64,000 bases of DNA. Source: Myxococcota bacterium. GTDB lineage: Bacteria; Myxococcota_A; SURF-8; G963663525. The stretch is taken from contig CAXXVK010000072.1 in NCBI GenBank assembly GCA_963676915.2, positions 128,001 through 192,000 of the forward strand, written 5' to 3'. The notes beneath the pieces were generated by a model. That model saw only the letters and a program-made list of their open reading frames with translations, searched no databases and was not told the DNA's origin. Positions within the stretch are counted from its first letter, which is position 1, and every line of letters begins with the position of its first letter. This document shows positions 36,735 through 47,288 of the stretch, piece after piece. Both the position numbers and the translations under genes were made by a program.

Positions 36735-39700
36735 TTAACGCCCCGTTTCCTCGATGATGTATTGGGTTGGAGTGAGGCTTTCCAATACTTCGAAAGAATC
36801 GTCCAGCCATTCGATTTTCGTTGCCGACGGATCGAATGGATAAGATTCCCGGATGGCAACCCCTCGGATTCCTTCCACACAGTCAGGAAACACTACGAGA
36901 AATCGCTCTTTCCAATTGTGGTGGTCGGCGCTGTAGACCAGTCGGAAGTAATCGTTGACGTGGATGTCGTCCTCCGTCCTGAACCAACTTGCTCCCAGTA
37001 GAGCTGCCGGACCGCTGCTTAACAACGATTCCTGGAAACGTACATCCAATTCGATGCGCTCTCCTGAAGGCAACCATGCCGTTCGTTTGAATCGAGGCAG
37101 GTTGTCGAAGTGGCAGGACAGCAGGGAAATCGTTTGTTCCCTTTCTTCCGATACCGCTTGAAGACTCCAGCCGTTGCTAAACGTTTCGAGTTGTTTTTCA
37201 CTGATTTGAATGGTTTCGGGGCGTTGGTGTAATGCGCCCGTGGTTCGTTTCTCCCAACCGAGGTGGAATTCCTGCTCTCCATCGGTGAATGTCTGCTCGA
37301 ATCGGTAACGATAATAGAGCTTTCCGTCTCCCGGATCGGCGGTGTCAAGATGCCATTGCGGTGAATCCATTGCGACGAGTTCCGTTTTTTGCGGACCGAA
37401 GATCACCCGTTTGATGATGTCTTGCTCGGGAAGCGGTCCCGAGGTGGGTAGTTCGAAGGTTTCACCCTGCAATTCAACTTTCGTTCGCAACCTGTATTCC
37501 TCGAAAAGGTCGCGATTATCCCGAAATCGTCCACATAAGGTTGTGTCGTCGTCGATTTCAATGGTTACTTGATTGATGGCCGAATCTTTTTCTTTGCGTT
37601 GCAGTGGAATGGCACGAACGAAGAGCGCCTCGTCATTCTCCGCTTTTTCGAATTCGAGAGCTAAAACCGCTTCTTGAGTGGAGTAACTCGTAAAATCGAA
37701 AGGAAACTCTTGTCGTAAGTTGTCTAGATTCGTAGCTAATTCGATATAGGTTTCATCATCGAGAACGACCTCAGATGGTTCTACAAGGGACGAAAGTCCA
37801 CCTCGATACAGAGTTGTAGTTTCTTCTTCGACCGTCATAAGTACCGATTCGGGTGATTCTGCGGAATCAACGGATTCCTGCGTGGTATTGCCGATTTGAG
37901 TATAGGCCACCATGCGCTCATCTCCGGCTGTTTGCGGTAATCCGCTAAAAATCATGCCGTGGGCGTCAAGATCGTGACATTCCTTCGTTATCACGACGGC
38001 AACAGCCGCCCGATCAGGATCGACGATCCGATGGAACCAGCGTTTTTCGAAGGATTCAGGCTCCCAGAAATCAGCCCAAAGTATGCGCAAGGCGTTTTCG
38101 ATCGCTTGCGGATCGTTGCTTTCACCTGTACAGGCGGATGGATGTCGGTCATCTTCGCAGGCCGAAGGAGAGGCAACAAGGGTTTCGTCGGAAAATTCGG
38201 GCAACGTGTCGAGATTGGACGAAGAATCGAACCGGAGCGTGTTTCGACCGTTTCCGAAAACTTCGGATATTCGTGAGCTAAGTGCTTGAATTCGTTCGCG
38301 TTCGATATCTCCATGTCTCTGCATGTGCTCGGAAAATTCTTCCAATTGCTCGCGGCGAAACGCTGGATCGGTCGAAAACTCCGGTTGGTCTGTCATGGCA
38401 AGGACGTGTTCCCGATAGCTTCGGGATTCTGTAACACCATCGATTTCCGCAACGATTTCATTGGTTTGAAGGAATTCCAGATAATAGGCAAACGGAACGA
38501 CAACCCCTTGTGTCCGGTGTTTGGACGCCACGTTTTGAGAACCAATCGCCAAGGTCGTTCCGCGTCCTCCGAAACGGCTCAATGCCTGTTCACGCTCTTC
38601 GGCATTGTCAACGTGCATTTCGAGCAAAGAAGGAAGTTCGAAAGTTTCTTGATCGGGAACGATGATTTCCGGCGATTCGGGACGGCTTGCCTCCCAATAC
38701 AATTGTGCTTTATCCACCGTGATGTTTTCTAGGGTTACGTTTCCATCGGATTCGACGCTTACCTTCACAAATTGGTCTTCATAAGGCGAGAAACGTTCAA
38801 GCGCGTCGTTTAAAAACAGGTTGGGGATACCATTTTGGGCAGCCAATAAGCCGGGTTCAGAAAACATCGTTTGACGCTCTTGCGTGACGACTCCCGCGAC
38901 AGGGTCGTCTAGCTCATCGAGAGCGTTTTCCGATACGATGATTTCCTGCCATCCGTAGTCGTCGAAATCGTCTCCTTTTCGTCTGCCGCGATCCGATAAA
39001 ATCCTTACATATCCAACGCTTACGCCTGCAGTGTAGATTTCCGTTTCGGAGGGGACTTCGCAGTCGTATACATCGACCAGATCTTGATTCCATGACTCTG
39101 AGGCTTGTCGGTCTCGATTTGTGACGGGGAAAAACAGGGGAGCTTCTTCCGGCAGGACATCTCCCAATTGTTGTCTCACACTTGCCAGAAGATTTTCGTC
39201 CAACTTGCCTGGATTTTCGTTTTGATTCGAGAACCGCTGTTCAAGGGTGAATCCATACGCATGACCCTTACAGGTCTCGGAAAATTTCAGGACCGATCCG
39301 ACGAGATATTGTCTCGATTTTTCTTCGAGAAACAGGCTGGAATAGTTTTCCGAGGTTAGCCAACCGTAATAAGCCGGAAAAGCTTTTGACAAAAAATCCA
39401 AACGGCTCGGAAGATGGCGCAGGTTCTGGAAGGTTACCGGTACGTAAGATTTATTTAATGGAATCAGGTATTTCGTAAAAGAAGCGATTGCGGGCCGAAC
39501 GTTGTCATCCACTGCTACTTGATTGAATGCGGCATCATCTGCGAGTTTATGGCTGCATACGAAGACACCTGTTTCGTTCTCCAATTGTGAACAAGGTTGC
39601 GGGGTGATGTCTCCATTTTCCTCTTGTTCTTCTTTTTCCTGGTCTTCGAACTCTTTTTCAAGCTCGACGATCTCTTTTTCGTCGACTTCACCTTCAATCC

Positions 39701-39818
39701 AATCCGTATCTGTCCAATCCGTATCGGCAAACGGTGAAGAGTTATGGCTCGATTCGCAGGCCCCCAAAGCGAATGCTGCGCAAAAAAAGACGTGGAGAAG
39801 GATTACAAACCGCCACAT
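36735..39818 (-). CDS. lipoprotein with degenerate PEP-synthase/PPDK N-terminal (ATP-grasp-like) domain
   Basis: Lipobox LGAC; 'FGGRGTTL', 'GVVVPFAYY', 'LRFDSSSNLDTLPEFS', 'IENALRILWA'. Confidence 0.7.
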   Translation of the reverse strand: MWRFVILLHVFFCAAFALGACESSHNSSPFADTDWTDTDWIEGEVDEKEIVELEKEFEDQEKEEQEENGDITPQPCSQLENETGVFVCSHKLADDAAFNQVAVDDNVRPAIASFTKYLIPLNKSYVPVTFQNLRHLPSRLDFLSKAFPAYYGWLTSENYSSLFLEEKSRQYLVGSVLKFSETCKGHAYGFTLEQRFSNQNENPGKLDENLLASVRQQLGDVLPEEAPLFFPVTNRDRQASESWNQDLVDVYDCEVPSETEIYTAGVSVGYVRILSDRGRRKGDDFDDYGWQEIIVSENALDELDDPVAGVVTQERQTMFSEPGLLAAQNGIPNLFLNDALERFSPYEDQFVKVSVESDGNVTLENITVDKAQLYWEASRPESPEIIVPDQETFELPSLLEMHVDNAEEREQALSRFGGRGTTLAIGSQNVASKHRTQGVVVPFAYYLEFLQTNEIVAEIDGVTESRSYREHVLAMTDQPEFSTDPAFRREQLEEFSEHMQRHGDIERERIQALSSRISEVFGNGRNTLRFDSSSNLDTLPEFSDETLVASPSACEDDRHPSACTGESNDPQAIENALRILWADFWEPESFEKRWFHRIVDPDRAAVAVVITKECHDLDAHGMIFSGLPQTAGDERMVAYTQIGNTTQESVDSAESPESVLMTVEEETTTLYRGGLSSLVEPSEVVLDDETYIELATNLDNLRQEFPFDFTSYSTQEAVLALEFEKAENDEALFVRAIPLQRKEKDSAINQVTIEIDDDTTLCGRFRDNRDLFEEYRLRTKVELQGETFELPTSGPLPEQDIIKRVIFGPQKTELVAMDSPQWHLDTADPGDGKLYYRYRFEQTFTDGEQEFHLGWEKRTTGALHQRPETIQISEKQLETFSNGWSLQAVSEEREQTISLLSCHFDNLPRFKRTAWLPSGERIELDVRFQESLLSSGPAALLGASWFRTEDDIHVNDYFRLVYSADHHNWKERFLVVFPDCVEGIRGVAIRESYPFDPSATKIEWLDDSFEVLESLTPTQYIIEETGR

Positions 39819-40015
39819 GGGGCAATATCCTGTTTTTAGGAAAAAGCGATACTCCTGAATGGAGTTTTTAAGACACTACTGAGAAGTCATTTCGGTATGC
39901 TTACCGAATCCGTCGTCAATCCTGTAAAATGTAACGCAAACTTATTTAAATGGCCAGATTATTTGTAAAAAGTAATGTATTTTAATGATTTTCGTTTTCC
40001 TGTTTTATAGGTTCG

Positions 40016-40411
40016 TTATTGAGCGGAGGAAGACTTGGCAAATGCCAGAACATGCCCGTCCGGGTCCGCTCCATAAGCTACGACATCACCCCAGGGGCGT
40101 TTTTGGGGTTCGCTTACTGGCTTACCTTTTGCTTCGATTAACGAGCCGTAGCATTTTTCGGGATCATCTACGAATAGGTACAATTCACAACGTGGTATTC
40201 CACGACCACTTTCCGCCGGAGGGAGATTTTTTCCCAAAAACGATACTGTCCCTTGGTCGGGCATCAAGCCTAGCGTTGCTCCTTCACAGAGAGGAAACTC
40301 TGTCATTCCGGGAACATCCAGCAGCGGTTCTTTATCGAGGATGGCACGGTAAAAGTCCCGACTACGTTTTTGATCGGCCACGTAAAGGATGGTCATCACT
40401 TTTTTCATCAT
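40016..40411 (-). CDS. VOC/glyoxalase family protein
   Basis: 'ILYVADQKRSRDFY', 'RPWGDVVAYGADPDGHVLAF'. Confidence 0.88.
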   Translation of the reverse strand: MMKKVMTILYVADQKRSRDFYRAILDKEPLLDVPGMTEFPLCEGATLGLMPDQGTVSFLGKNLPPAESGRGIPRCELYLFVDDPEKCYGSLIEAKGKPVSEPQKRPWGDVVAYGADPDGHVLAFAKSSSAQ

Positions 40412-40477
40412 GATTCCTTTCAGGTTGCTGTTTATGTACAGTACCCTGATAAAGTAGCGAAAACAAGTCTTAGGGTT

Positions 40478-42400
40478 TTATTCCGAAGGCGTAAATGCAC
40501 AGCGAAAACCGCAACCTATGGAAGAAAACGTGCTGGGAATGAACGACATCGGCGTCCGTAGGTGACTTCTAGCGTGATGCATTTCCGAATAGACCCAGTT
40601 GCTACCACGGGAAAGAAATCCTTTCGCCAGCGGCGGCCACCAGACGGGATTGACCGATTCGTTCGGCCAGTCGTCGTAGTCGGAAGGGAAATCCAGGACG
40701 AGTTCCGAAACGTTGTGTGTCATGTCTTTAAGTCCGAAGGGGGAGGAATCGTCACAGGTCTGGAAATCGTCAGGGCCGAACAGCCAGCCGCCTTCTTCGC
40801 GGCTTTTTCGTTGCCCGTCGAAAAAGCCAACCGGCGAAGTCTCTTCGAACGGATCGTTCCCCCAGATGTTGGCGCGGCATTCGTTGCGGTCTTCTCCCCA
40901 GGGAAAATTCGTCAAATCCTCATCCGATTCCATCGGACCTACCGCCCCATATTCCCATTGAGCTTCCGAAGGCAGCGTGCCTCCGGCCCAGTGGCAGAAT
41001 TCAAGCGCCTGATAGCGGTTAATGCAGTTGACCGGATGGTTGGTTCGTAACGGATTGTCGATGTTGGGTTCTCCTACGAGATATGAGCCATCGACGTGGC
41101 ATAGTTCCGCCACGGGACGTCCGCAGCCGCCGTCTTCGATACACTGCCGATACTCGCCAACCGTTACGGGAAAGCGGGAAAGTGCGTACGATGTCAAATG
41201 GACCGTATGGCGGGGCATCTCTCTTTGGTCGAAGTAATACCAATTATCCGGCAGGTTTCCCATCCAGTAGGTATGACAGGAACCTTGCGGAACGATTACG
41301 CAGGTTTCGTGGTCCATGCCGCCGGGTAGTGAAACGGTATGTCCGCAATTGGGAAGGCCGGTCATTCCGTGGGCGGGAAGGCAGTTTTCGGGCGCTTCCT
41401 CTTGGCTTTCCCATTGCTCTATATCCGTATCCCACTCGATTTCAACATCAAGATCTCCCCCAATGAATTCACAGGGTTCGTTGGTTTCACCAGGCGTGCC
41501 ACGATCATCGTTGGGCATTCGTTCGCCCGAAACGCGCCAGTTGTCGTAAGAATCGTTTTGTTCGGCGTCGAGATGGTCGGGACAAAGGGAAACGCTAGCC
41601 CCGAACATCAGGTACATCCCCATGTTGTTTTCACTGTAGGTTACGGAATCGATCATGGTTTCTCCGCAGCTTATCCGCAGGGAATCCCACCCGGTTTTCA
41701 AAATGTAATTTCCCCAATTCCACGCAATAGTTACGTCGTTTGAATACGTTGTAGCGCGTTCCACTCCGATCAGGATTTTTCCCCTTGGATCGATCTGCAA
41801 AGGGCTGTCGATTGTCGTGGAGTATGAAGACGTTGCGAATTCGCATCCTTGAAGCGTGATGGGGTGTCGAGCGCGGTTGGTCAGTTCCACCCACTGGCCT
41901 TCGTTTTGTTGCAAAGCCAGAGGGAAAGGCATCAGTTCGCTGAAAATCACGTCTCCTGCTTCAGGTGGAACCGGAGGAACATCCCATTCCAGCTCTTCTT
42001 CGACTTCTTGTTCCCAAGGAGGGTCGAGGTCCGGCTCGCATTCCTCCGGGATTTCCTCGGTTTCTTCAACGTCTTGTTCTTCCGAGGCATTCTCATCGTT
42101 TTCGATATCGGAAATGTCCTCGGAATCCGGGAATTCTTCCTCGTCGATATCTGGAAGATGTTCATCCGAATCGAGATCGTCATCAGCGGAAACATCCTGT
42201 TCCTGCTGAGGGTCCAGGTCGGCATCGTGATCGAAAGGTGAAAGGTCGGATTCCTCCGAGCAGCGGGTACAAAGCAGGAATATGACAATTCCAATAAAAA
42301 GCACGAATAACCGAGCATGGTTGTGAAAATTTATCATTTTTCGAGCCAATAAATTCATGTGAACAATATGAGCTTCCGACCAATTTTTCAGAGTATACAA
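40478..42400 (-). CDS. lipoprotein with lamin-tail domain and C-terminal FGE-sulfatase domain
   Basis: LTD 'VIFSELM..P...QWVELTN...GTPG..N'; FGE 'PVTVGEY', 'LPSEAQWEY', 'SPFGLKDM', 'GFRC'. Start may be downstream. Confidence 0.85.
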   Translation of the reverse strand: MYTLKNWSEAHIVHMNLLARKMINFHNHARLFVLFIGIVIFLLCTRCSEESDLSPFDHDADLDPQQEQDVSADDDLDSDEHLPDIDEEEFPDSEDISDIENDENASEEQDVEETEEIPEECEPDLDPPWEQEVEEELEWDVPPVPPEAGDVIFSELMPFPLALQQNEGQWVELTNRARHPITLQGCEFATSSYSTTIDSPLQIDPRGKILIGVERATTYSNDVTIAWNWGNYILKTGWDSLRISCGETMIDSVTYSENNMGMYLMFGASVSLCPDHLDAEQNDSYDNWRVSGERMPNDDRGTPGETNEPCEFIGGDLDVEIEWDTDIEQWESQEEAPENCLPAHGMTGLPNCGHTVSLPGGMDHETCVIVPQGSCHTYWMGNLPDNWYYFDQREMPRHTVHLTSYALSRFPVTVGEYRQCIEDGGCGRPVAELCHVDGSYLVGEPNIDNPLRTNHPVNCINRYQALEFCHWAGGTLPSEAQWEYGAVGPMESDEDLTNFPWGEDRNECRANIWGNDPFEETSPVGFFDGQRKSREEGGWLFGPDDFQTCDDSSPFGLKDMTHNVSELVLDFPSDYDDWPNESVNPVWWPPLAKGFLSRGSNWVYSEMHHARSHLRTPMSFIPSTFSSIGCGFRCAFTPSE

Positions 42401-43126
42401 GGTTTTTATTGAAAAGGAAAAAGGAGGGAAATGTAATGTTTTTTCACTTTTTAATCGAACCGTTGAAAGTCATTTGTAATTATTGTCGACAAAAGTCTCA
42501 TGGCGAAGAAATCTCACTCAAACGAGCAAGTTTTGAACGGAGCAGCCTTAAAAGGGCTGGTAATGTATTTATAAAAGCTTACCATATTCTAATTTGGGAC
42601 TGGATGTTAATTTTTTACCTATGAAACCTGTTTGTAAAATGTGTGCCGATGAATGATGCAAAAAGTAACCGTTGAAATATTTTTATGGATTATGTTTGGA
42701 ATAATAAACGCTATGCGTTATTATAAAAATGAAAAGGGAGTTGACGAAGCACGTTCAGCTATAGGTCATTCAGCAGTCTACTTACACATCTTTGTGCAAC
42801 ATGGCAGTTCTTTGTTCCAAGTGTTTCCGAACTTTTAATAACACTAAGGACGGTGTAAAGTGTATTCGGAAGCGAATCATTTTTGCGTAAGGGTGTACGT
42901 GTGTCTGCAAATGAAACCATATAGAAATTTTTCTATTTCAAAGGCAAGTTTCGGGTTGATTGGAAACGGGACTATTTTGATGAACGTTTCTCGTATTATC
43001 GATGGGGTAAAGAAACGGACTCGGATGAAAGTTTTTTTAGATATCTAAGGTCAGGATTGAAAAGAAAAGAAACGGAAATCAGCAAAAAGTATAAAATTTA
43101 ATGGTTACATGAAAAAGGGGTAAATC

Positions 43127-44104
43127 ATGACAACCAAAGAAGAAACCACAAAAAAAGAATCGTTCGAGACCCGGTTTGAAAGGACGATTTTTCAATCTAT
43201 TAACCGAATATTCAAAGAACGCATCCATTGTGAAACTCTTAAAGAACTGAGCGAAACATGTTTGAGTGTTGCGGAAGAGTTGACCGGATCGAAATTTGGT
43301 TGGATAGGAGAACTGAATCCGGTCGGAAAGCTCGATACCATCGCCATTAGCAATCCAGGTTGGGATGCGTGCAATATGCCGGAGTCCGATGCTACTATCA
43401 TGATTTCAAATATGGAGTTGCGAGGACTTTGGGCCAGTGTGATTCACAATGGCCAATCCATGTACACCAATGACCCAATGGATCATCCCGATTCGGTCGG
43501 CATCCCGGAAGGTCATCCTCCTCTTACGTCATTCCTGGGAGTTCCTTTGAAAAAAGGGGATCAGGTTGTTGGAATGATTTCTTTGGGCAACAAGGAGGGA
43601 GGATACGACGATAGCGATATTTATTCTATGGAACGTCTCGCTGTGGCAGTGAATGAAGCTATCCACTCCAAGCGCTCTGAATTGAAAATTGCGCGTCAAA
43701 CTCAGGAGTTATTAGAAATTTCAACTCCGGTTTTGCAAATTTGGGATGGAATGGTGGTTGCGCCGTTGATCGGCACGCTGGATAGTCAAAGGACACAGCA
43801 CTTTATGGAACGACTTCTTCAGTCCATTGTTGATTATCAAGCTCCTATCGCACTGGTTGATATTACCGGTGTTCCTACCGTGGACACGCAAACCGCTCAT
43901 CATCTCATTGAAACTGTCAGTGCGGCGAAATTGCTTGGAGCAAAAGTCATTCTTACCGGAATCAGTCCCGAAATAGCACAGACCCTTATTCATTTGGGAA
44001 TAGATTTATCAAGCATTGATACGCGATCTTCGTTGGCTAGTGGGCTGATCATGGCTCTCGAAAAGATGAACATGATGATTGTCGACAAAAAAAAGCAGCT
44101 GTAA
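43127..44104 (+). CDS. rsbR: stressosome RsbR-like protein (GAF + STAS)
   Basis: GAF 'PEGHPPLTSFLGVPL'; STAS 'EISTPV...PLIGTLDSQR...DITGVPTVDT'. Confidence 0.9.
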   Translation: MTTKEETTKKESFETRFERTIFQSINRIFKERIHCETLKELSETCLSVAEELTGSKFGWIGELNPVGKLDTIAISNPGWDACNMPESDATIMISNMELRGLWASVIHNGQSMYTNDPMDHPDSVGIPEGHPPLTSFLGVPLKKGDQVVGMISLGNKEGGYDDSDIYSMERLAVAVNEAIHSKRSELKIARQTQELLEISTPVLQIWDGMVVAPLIGTLDSQRTQHFMERLLQSIVDYQAPIALVDITGVPTVDTQTAHHLIETVSAAKLLGAKVILTGISPEIAQTLIHLGIDLSSIDTRSSLASGLIMALEKMNMMIVDKKKQL

Positions 44105-44146
44105 GCGAAATTTTATATTTGCACGTCCACAGAAAGGGTAAATGCC

Positions 44147-45490
44147 ATGATAATCAACGATGAATCTACCCAATCCAAAGACAGTATGAACAAACTTCAG
44201 GGAATCAAAGAGATCATTCGGAGATTTCCCGAAGTGATTTACGTCGCCGATCCCAAAACTTACGAGGTAATCCTTGTTAATGATCTTTTCGCTCAAGCTA
44301 TCGGGGAGGATCCGGTCGGAAAAAAATGTTACAAAGCGTTTCAGAATTTGGATGAACCATGCCCGTTTTGTACGAACGATATCATCGCGAAAAGCGATGA
44401 ACCCTATATATGGGAGTTTTACAACGAGAACTTAGATCGTCATTATTACATTTCCGATCAGATGGTTCCGTGGCCGGACGGGCGAAACGTTCGTTTCGAA
44501 GTCGCCATCGATATCACTGAAAAAGTGAAGGCGACGCAGGAGCGCAATAAAAATGCGTTGCAACTTCAGGAGCGAATCAAAGAACTTCATTGCATGACAT
44601 CGATTTCTTTGTTGCTGGCCGATGTGGAGACGGATTTCGACCAGGCGATGCAGCACATCGTCGATCTAATCCCCGAGTCCTGGCAATTTCCGGAACGAAC
44701 CAGTGCAAAAATCACTTTCGACGGTCAAACATTTTCATCTTCAAACCTGAAAGAAGGAGAAATTCGACAGATCGTGAAAATCGTCCTTCCGGATGAGGAG
44801 CGTAATGGCAAAATCGAAGTTTTCTACCATGATGAGAGAGAATCGGTTGTCGGTGAACCCTTTTTGAAAGAAGAAGAAGTTCTTCTAAAATCTATTGCTC
44901 GCGAGATTCGAAAATTCATACTTCGCAAAAGGGATCTGGAAGAACTTGTGCAACACAAGGAAAAACTGGAAATGTTGGTATCAAAACGTACCGCAGATTT
45001 GCAACGTGCCAACAACAAAATTGAATTGGAAATGTCTGAAAGCAATCGTAGAGCGGACATAATCAAGCAGCAGGCGGAGGATATTCTTGAGTTATCCACT
45101 CCGGTGATGCAGGTTTGGGATGGTGTGTTGCTGGCCCCGTTAATTGGAAATCTCGATAGCCGACGAGCCCAAAATTTCATGGAAGTACTGCTCAATTCCG
45201 TAGCAAAAGATAATGCCGAAGTCGCTATTATCGATATTACGGGAGTGGGTATCATCGACACGGAAACAGGACGAAACGTTTTAGAAACCATTTCTGCTAT
45301 TGGCCTTCTGGGGGCGCAGGTGATCTTAACCGGAGTACGAGCTACGGTTGCACAGACTCTTGTTCACCTCGGTGTGGATTTATCTGCGATTGAAACGTGT
45401 TCATCTCTTAAGTCGGGATTGCAGTTGGCTTTGTCGAAGCGAATGAAAAACGGTGCTTCGAGAATAGCTGGAGGTAAAGATGTTGGTTGA
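44147..45490 (+). CDS. rsbR: second RsbR paralog (PAS + GAF-like + STAS)
   Basis: PAS 'GKKCY...PCPFC'; STAS 'ELSTPV...PLIGNLDSRRA...DITGVGIIDT'. Confidence 0.9.
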   Translation: MIINDESTQSKDSMNKLQGIKEIIRRFPEVIYVADPKTYEVILVNDLFAQAIGEDPVGKKCYKAFQNLDEPCPFCTNDIIAKSDEPYIWEFYNENLDRHYYISDQMVPWPDGRNVRFEVAIDITEKVKATQERNKNALQLQERIKELHCMTSISLLLADVETDFDQAMQHIVDLIPESWQFPERTSAKITFDGQTFSSSNLKEGEIRQIVKIVLPDEERNGKIEVFYHDERESVVGEPFLKEEEVLLKSIAREIRKFILRKRDLEELVQHKEKLEMLVSKRTADLQRANNKIELEMSESNRRADIIKQQAEDILELSTPVMQVWDGVLLAPLIGNLDSRRAQNFMEVLLNSVAKDNAEVAIIDITGVGIIDTETGRNVLETISAIGLLGAQVILTGVRATVAQTLVHLGVDLSAIETCSSLKSGLQLALSKRMKNGASRIAGGKDVG

Positions 45491-45857
45491 GAACATATCC
45501 GTAATTCGTGTCAGAGATAAATTGTTGGTGACGGTACCTGCCGATCCGGACGATCAGACCATTTCCTTGCTTCAGGAAAAGGTGCTCGGAGCTATGGAGC
45601 GATCCGAAGCGCTCGGTTTGATACTGGACGTATCAATGGTTGAAACATTGGATTCCTATTTTGCGAGAACCATCGTGGAAACTTCCGACATGGTTTCCAT
45701 GATGGGCGGGGTTACCGTGATTGCCGGGATGCAGCCAATGGTCGCGATAACCGTGACGCAGCTCGGCCTTTCGTTGGGGCGAACGCAGTCTGCACTTGAT
45801 GTGGATCGTGCACTTGATCTACTCGACGAAATAAACAGCGGAGTTCGTAATGGTTAG
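45480..45857 (+). CDS. rsbS: stressosome scaffold RsbS
   Basis: Single STAS, 'LDSYFAR' phosphoacceptor motif, 'GMQPMVAIT'. Confidence 0.9.
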   Translation: MLVENISVIRVRDKLLVTVPADPDDQTISLLQEKVLGAMERSEALGLILDVSMVETLDSYFARTIVETSDMVSMMGGVTVIAGMQPMVAITVTQLGLSLGRTQSALDVDRALDLLDEINSGVRNG

Positions 45858-46288
45858 ACAAGTAAATGGTGATGTTAATATCACGAATGAAATGGATATT
45901 ATCACCGCACGCAAAGTAGTGCGAAATGTGGCCGCTGAAATTGGTTTCAGTCTGACCGATGTCACACGAATCGTAACGTCGGCTTCGGAATTGGCCCGTA
46001 ATATCGTGACATATGCGGATAGCGGTGTGATGACCTGGCGGAAAATACACTCGCTAGATGGGCAGGGCATTGAAATTATTTTCACGGATAAAGGTCCGGG
46101 GATTGAAAACCTGGAAGATGCGAAAACCCCTGGTTTTTTCTACAGGCAAAGGGCTGGGTATGGGGATATCCGGTGCCAAGAGACTGATGGGAGAGATGGA
46201 AATCGAATCTGAAATAGGTATGGGTACGAAAGTCACCGTACGAAAATGGGCCAAGAGGTACAACGTTGAACGAACAGCAGGTGCTTAA
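45850..46288 (+). pseudogene. rsbT: RsbT Ser/Thr kinase, split by a +1 frameshift in a T6 run (46134-46139)
   Basis: Frame A gives 'SELARNIV...DKGPGI'; frame B gives 'FSTGKGLGMGISGAKRLM...GTKVTVRKW'. Deleting one T restores a 145-aa RsbT. Confidence 0.85.
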
Positions 46289-47288
46289 AATAAACGTCCG
46301 AGGGGGAGAGGATACACTTAGAGCACCGCGTCTTGCGTCCGAGTTTTTAGAACGTTGTTTGTCCTTGAAAAAAAACAGGGACGAAATGCAGTTGGTGATT
46401 GTTGAACTGGCGACGAATTTGGAGAAACATGCCAAAGGTGGAGTTTTGATATTAAAAGAAATCCAGGAAAGTGACGAGAAAGGAGTGTTGATTCAGTCGT
46501 TGGATTGGGGACCGGGTATTGCCGATGTGAACGAAGCGATGAGAGATCGGTTTTCCACTTCCGGGAGTTTGGGTTTGGGACTTGGGACCGTCAATCGCCT
46601 GATGGACGAGATAAGAATTGAACCGAGGGCCAAAAACGGACAAGGAACGGTCATTACCTGTAAAAAATTGGATAGTGGAGTACAGGAGAGTTCGATAAGA
46701 TCTCCGTTACAAATCGGCGCAGCGAGCAGACCGCATCCCAATATGAGACAAAACGGTGATTCTTTTGTTGTAAAATCGACCAAAGATACAGCTTTTTTTG
46801 CAGTTATTGACGGATTGGGACATGGACAGTTTGCTCATCGAGCTTCGCATAAGGCACGATTGTATCTGGAAAACCATTACAAGGGATCTTTCAACGAAAT
46901 ATTCCGTGGAGTTGGGTATGAATGCCGTTCGACTCGAGGTGTGGTCATGAGCGCTGCACGAATAGACTGGAAAAGCAAAAAGCTATCTTTGGCTTCTATC
47001 GGTAATGTGGAAACAAAGATTTACGGCTCTTTAGCACCAGTCCGCATACCAACGAGGCGTGGAATTCTTGGCCAAGGATATCCTAAACCGAAAATTATCG
47101 AACAAGATTGGGATCCTATGATGCAGATCGTGATGTTTTCCGACGGATTGTCCTCTCATTGGCATGAAGAAGACGTGCAAAGGCTTTCTATGGAATCGGC
47201 ACAGAAAAGTGCGGCACATTTTTTAAGAAAATATGCCAAAGACAGCGATGATGCAACGATATTGATAGCCAAAACGAAAAAGTCATGA
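46266..47288 (+). CDS. rsbX: HATPase + SpoIIE/PP2C phosphatase (RsbX-like)
   Basis: 'ELATNL..HA', 'STSGSLGLGLG'; PP2C 'NGD', 'IDGLGHG', 'FSDGL', 'DDATIL'. Confidence 0.8.
   Translation: MNEQQVLKINVRGGEDTLRAPRLASEFLERCLSLKKNRDEMQLVIVELATNLEKHAKGGVLILKEIQESDEKGVLIQSLDWGPGIADVNEAMRDRFSTSGSLGLGLGTVNRLMDEIRIEPRAKNGQGTVITCKKLDSGVQESSIRSPLQIGAASRPHPNMRQNGDSFVVKSTKDTAFFAVIDGLGHGQFAHRASHKARLYLENHYKGSFNEIFRGVGYECRSTRGVVMSAARIDWKSKKLSLASIGNVETKIYGSLAPVRIPTRRGILGQGYPKPKIIEQDWDPMMQIVMFSDGLSSHWHEEDVQRLSMESAQKSAAHFLRKYAKDSDDATILIAKTKKS

Noticed and set aside
40478-40640. FGE-sulfatase C-terminus as a diversity-generating retroelement target
   Set aside because: No template repeat or reverse transcriptase seen in the window.
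42409-43048. Short ORFs in the AT-rich spacer
   Set aside because: No convincing RBS or motifs; treated as non-coding.
46058-46288. Separate 76-aa gene
   Set aside because: It is the C-terminal part of frameshifted rsbT.
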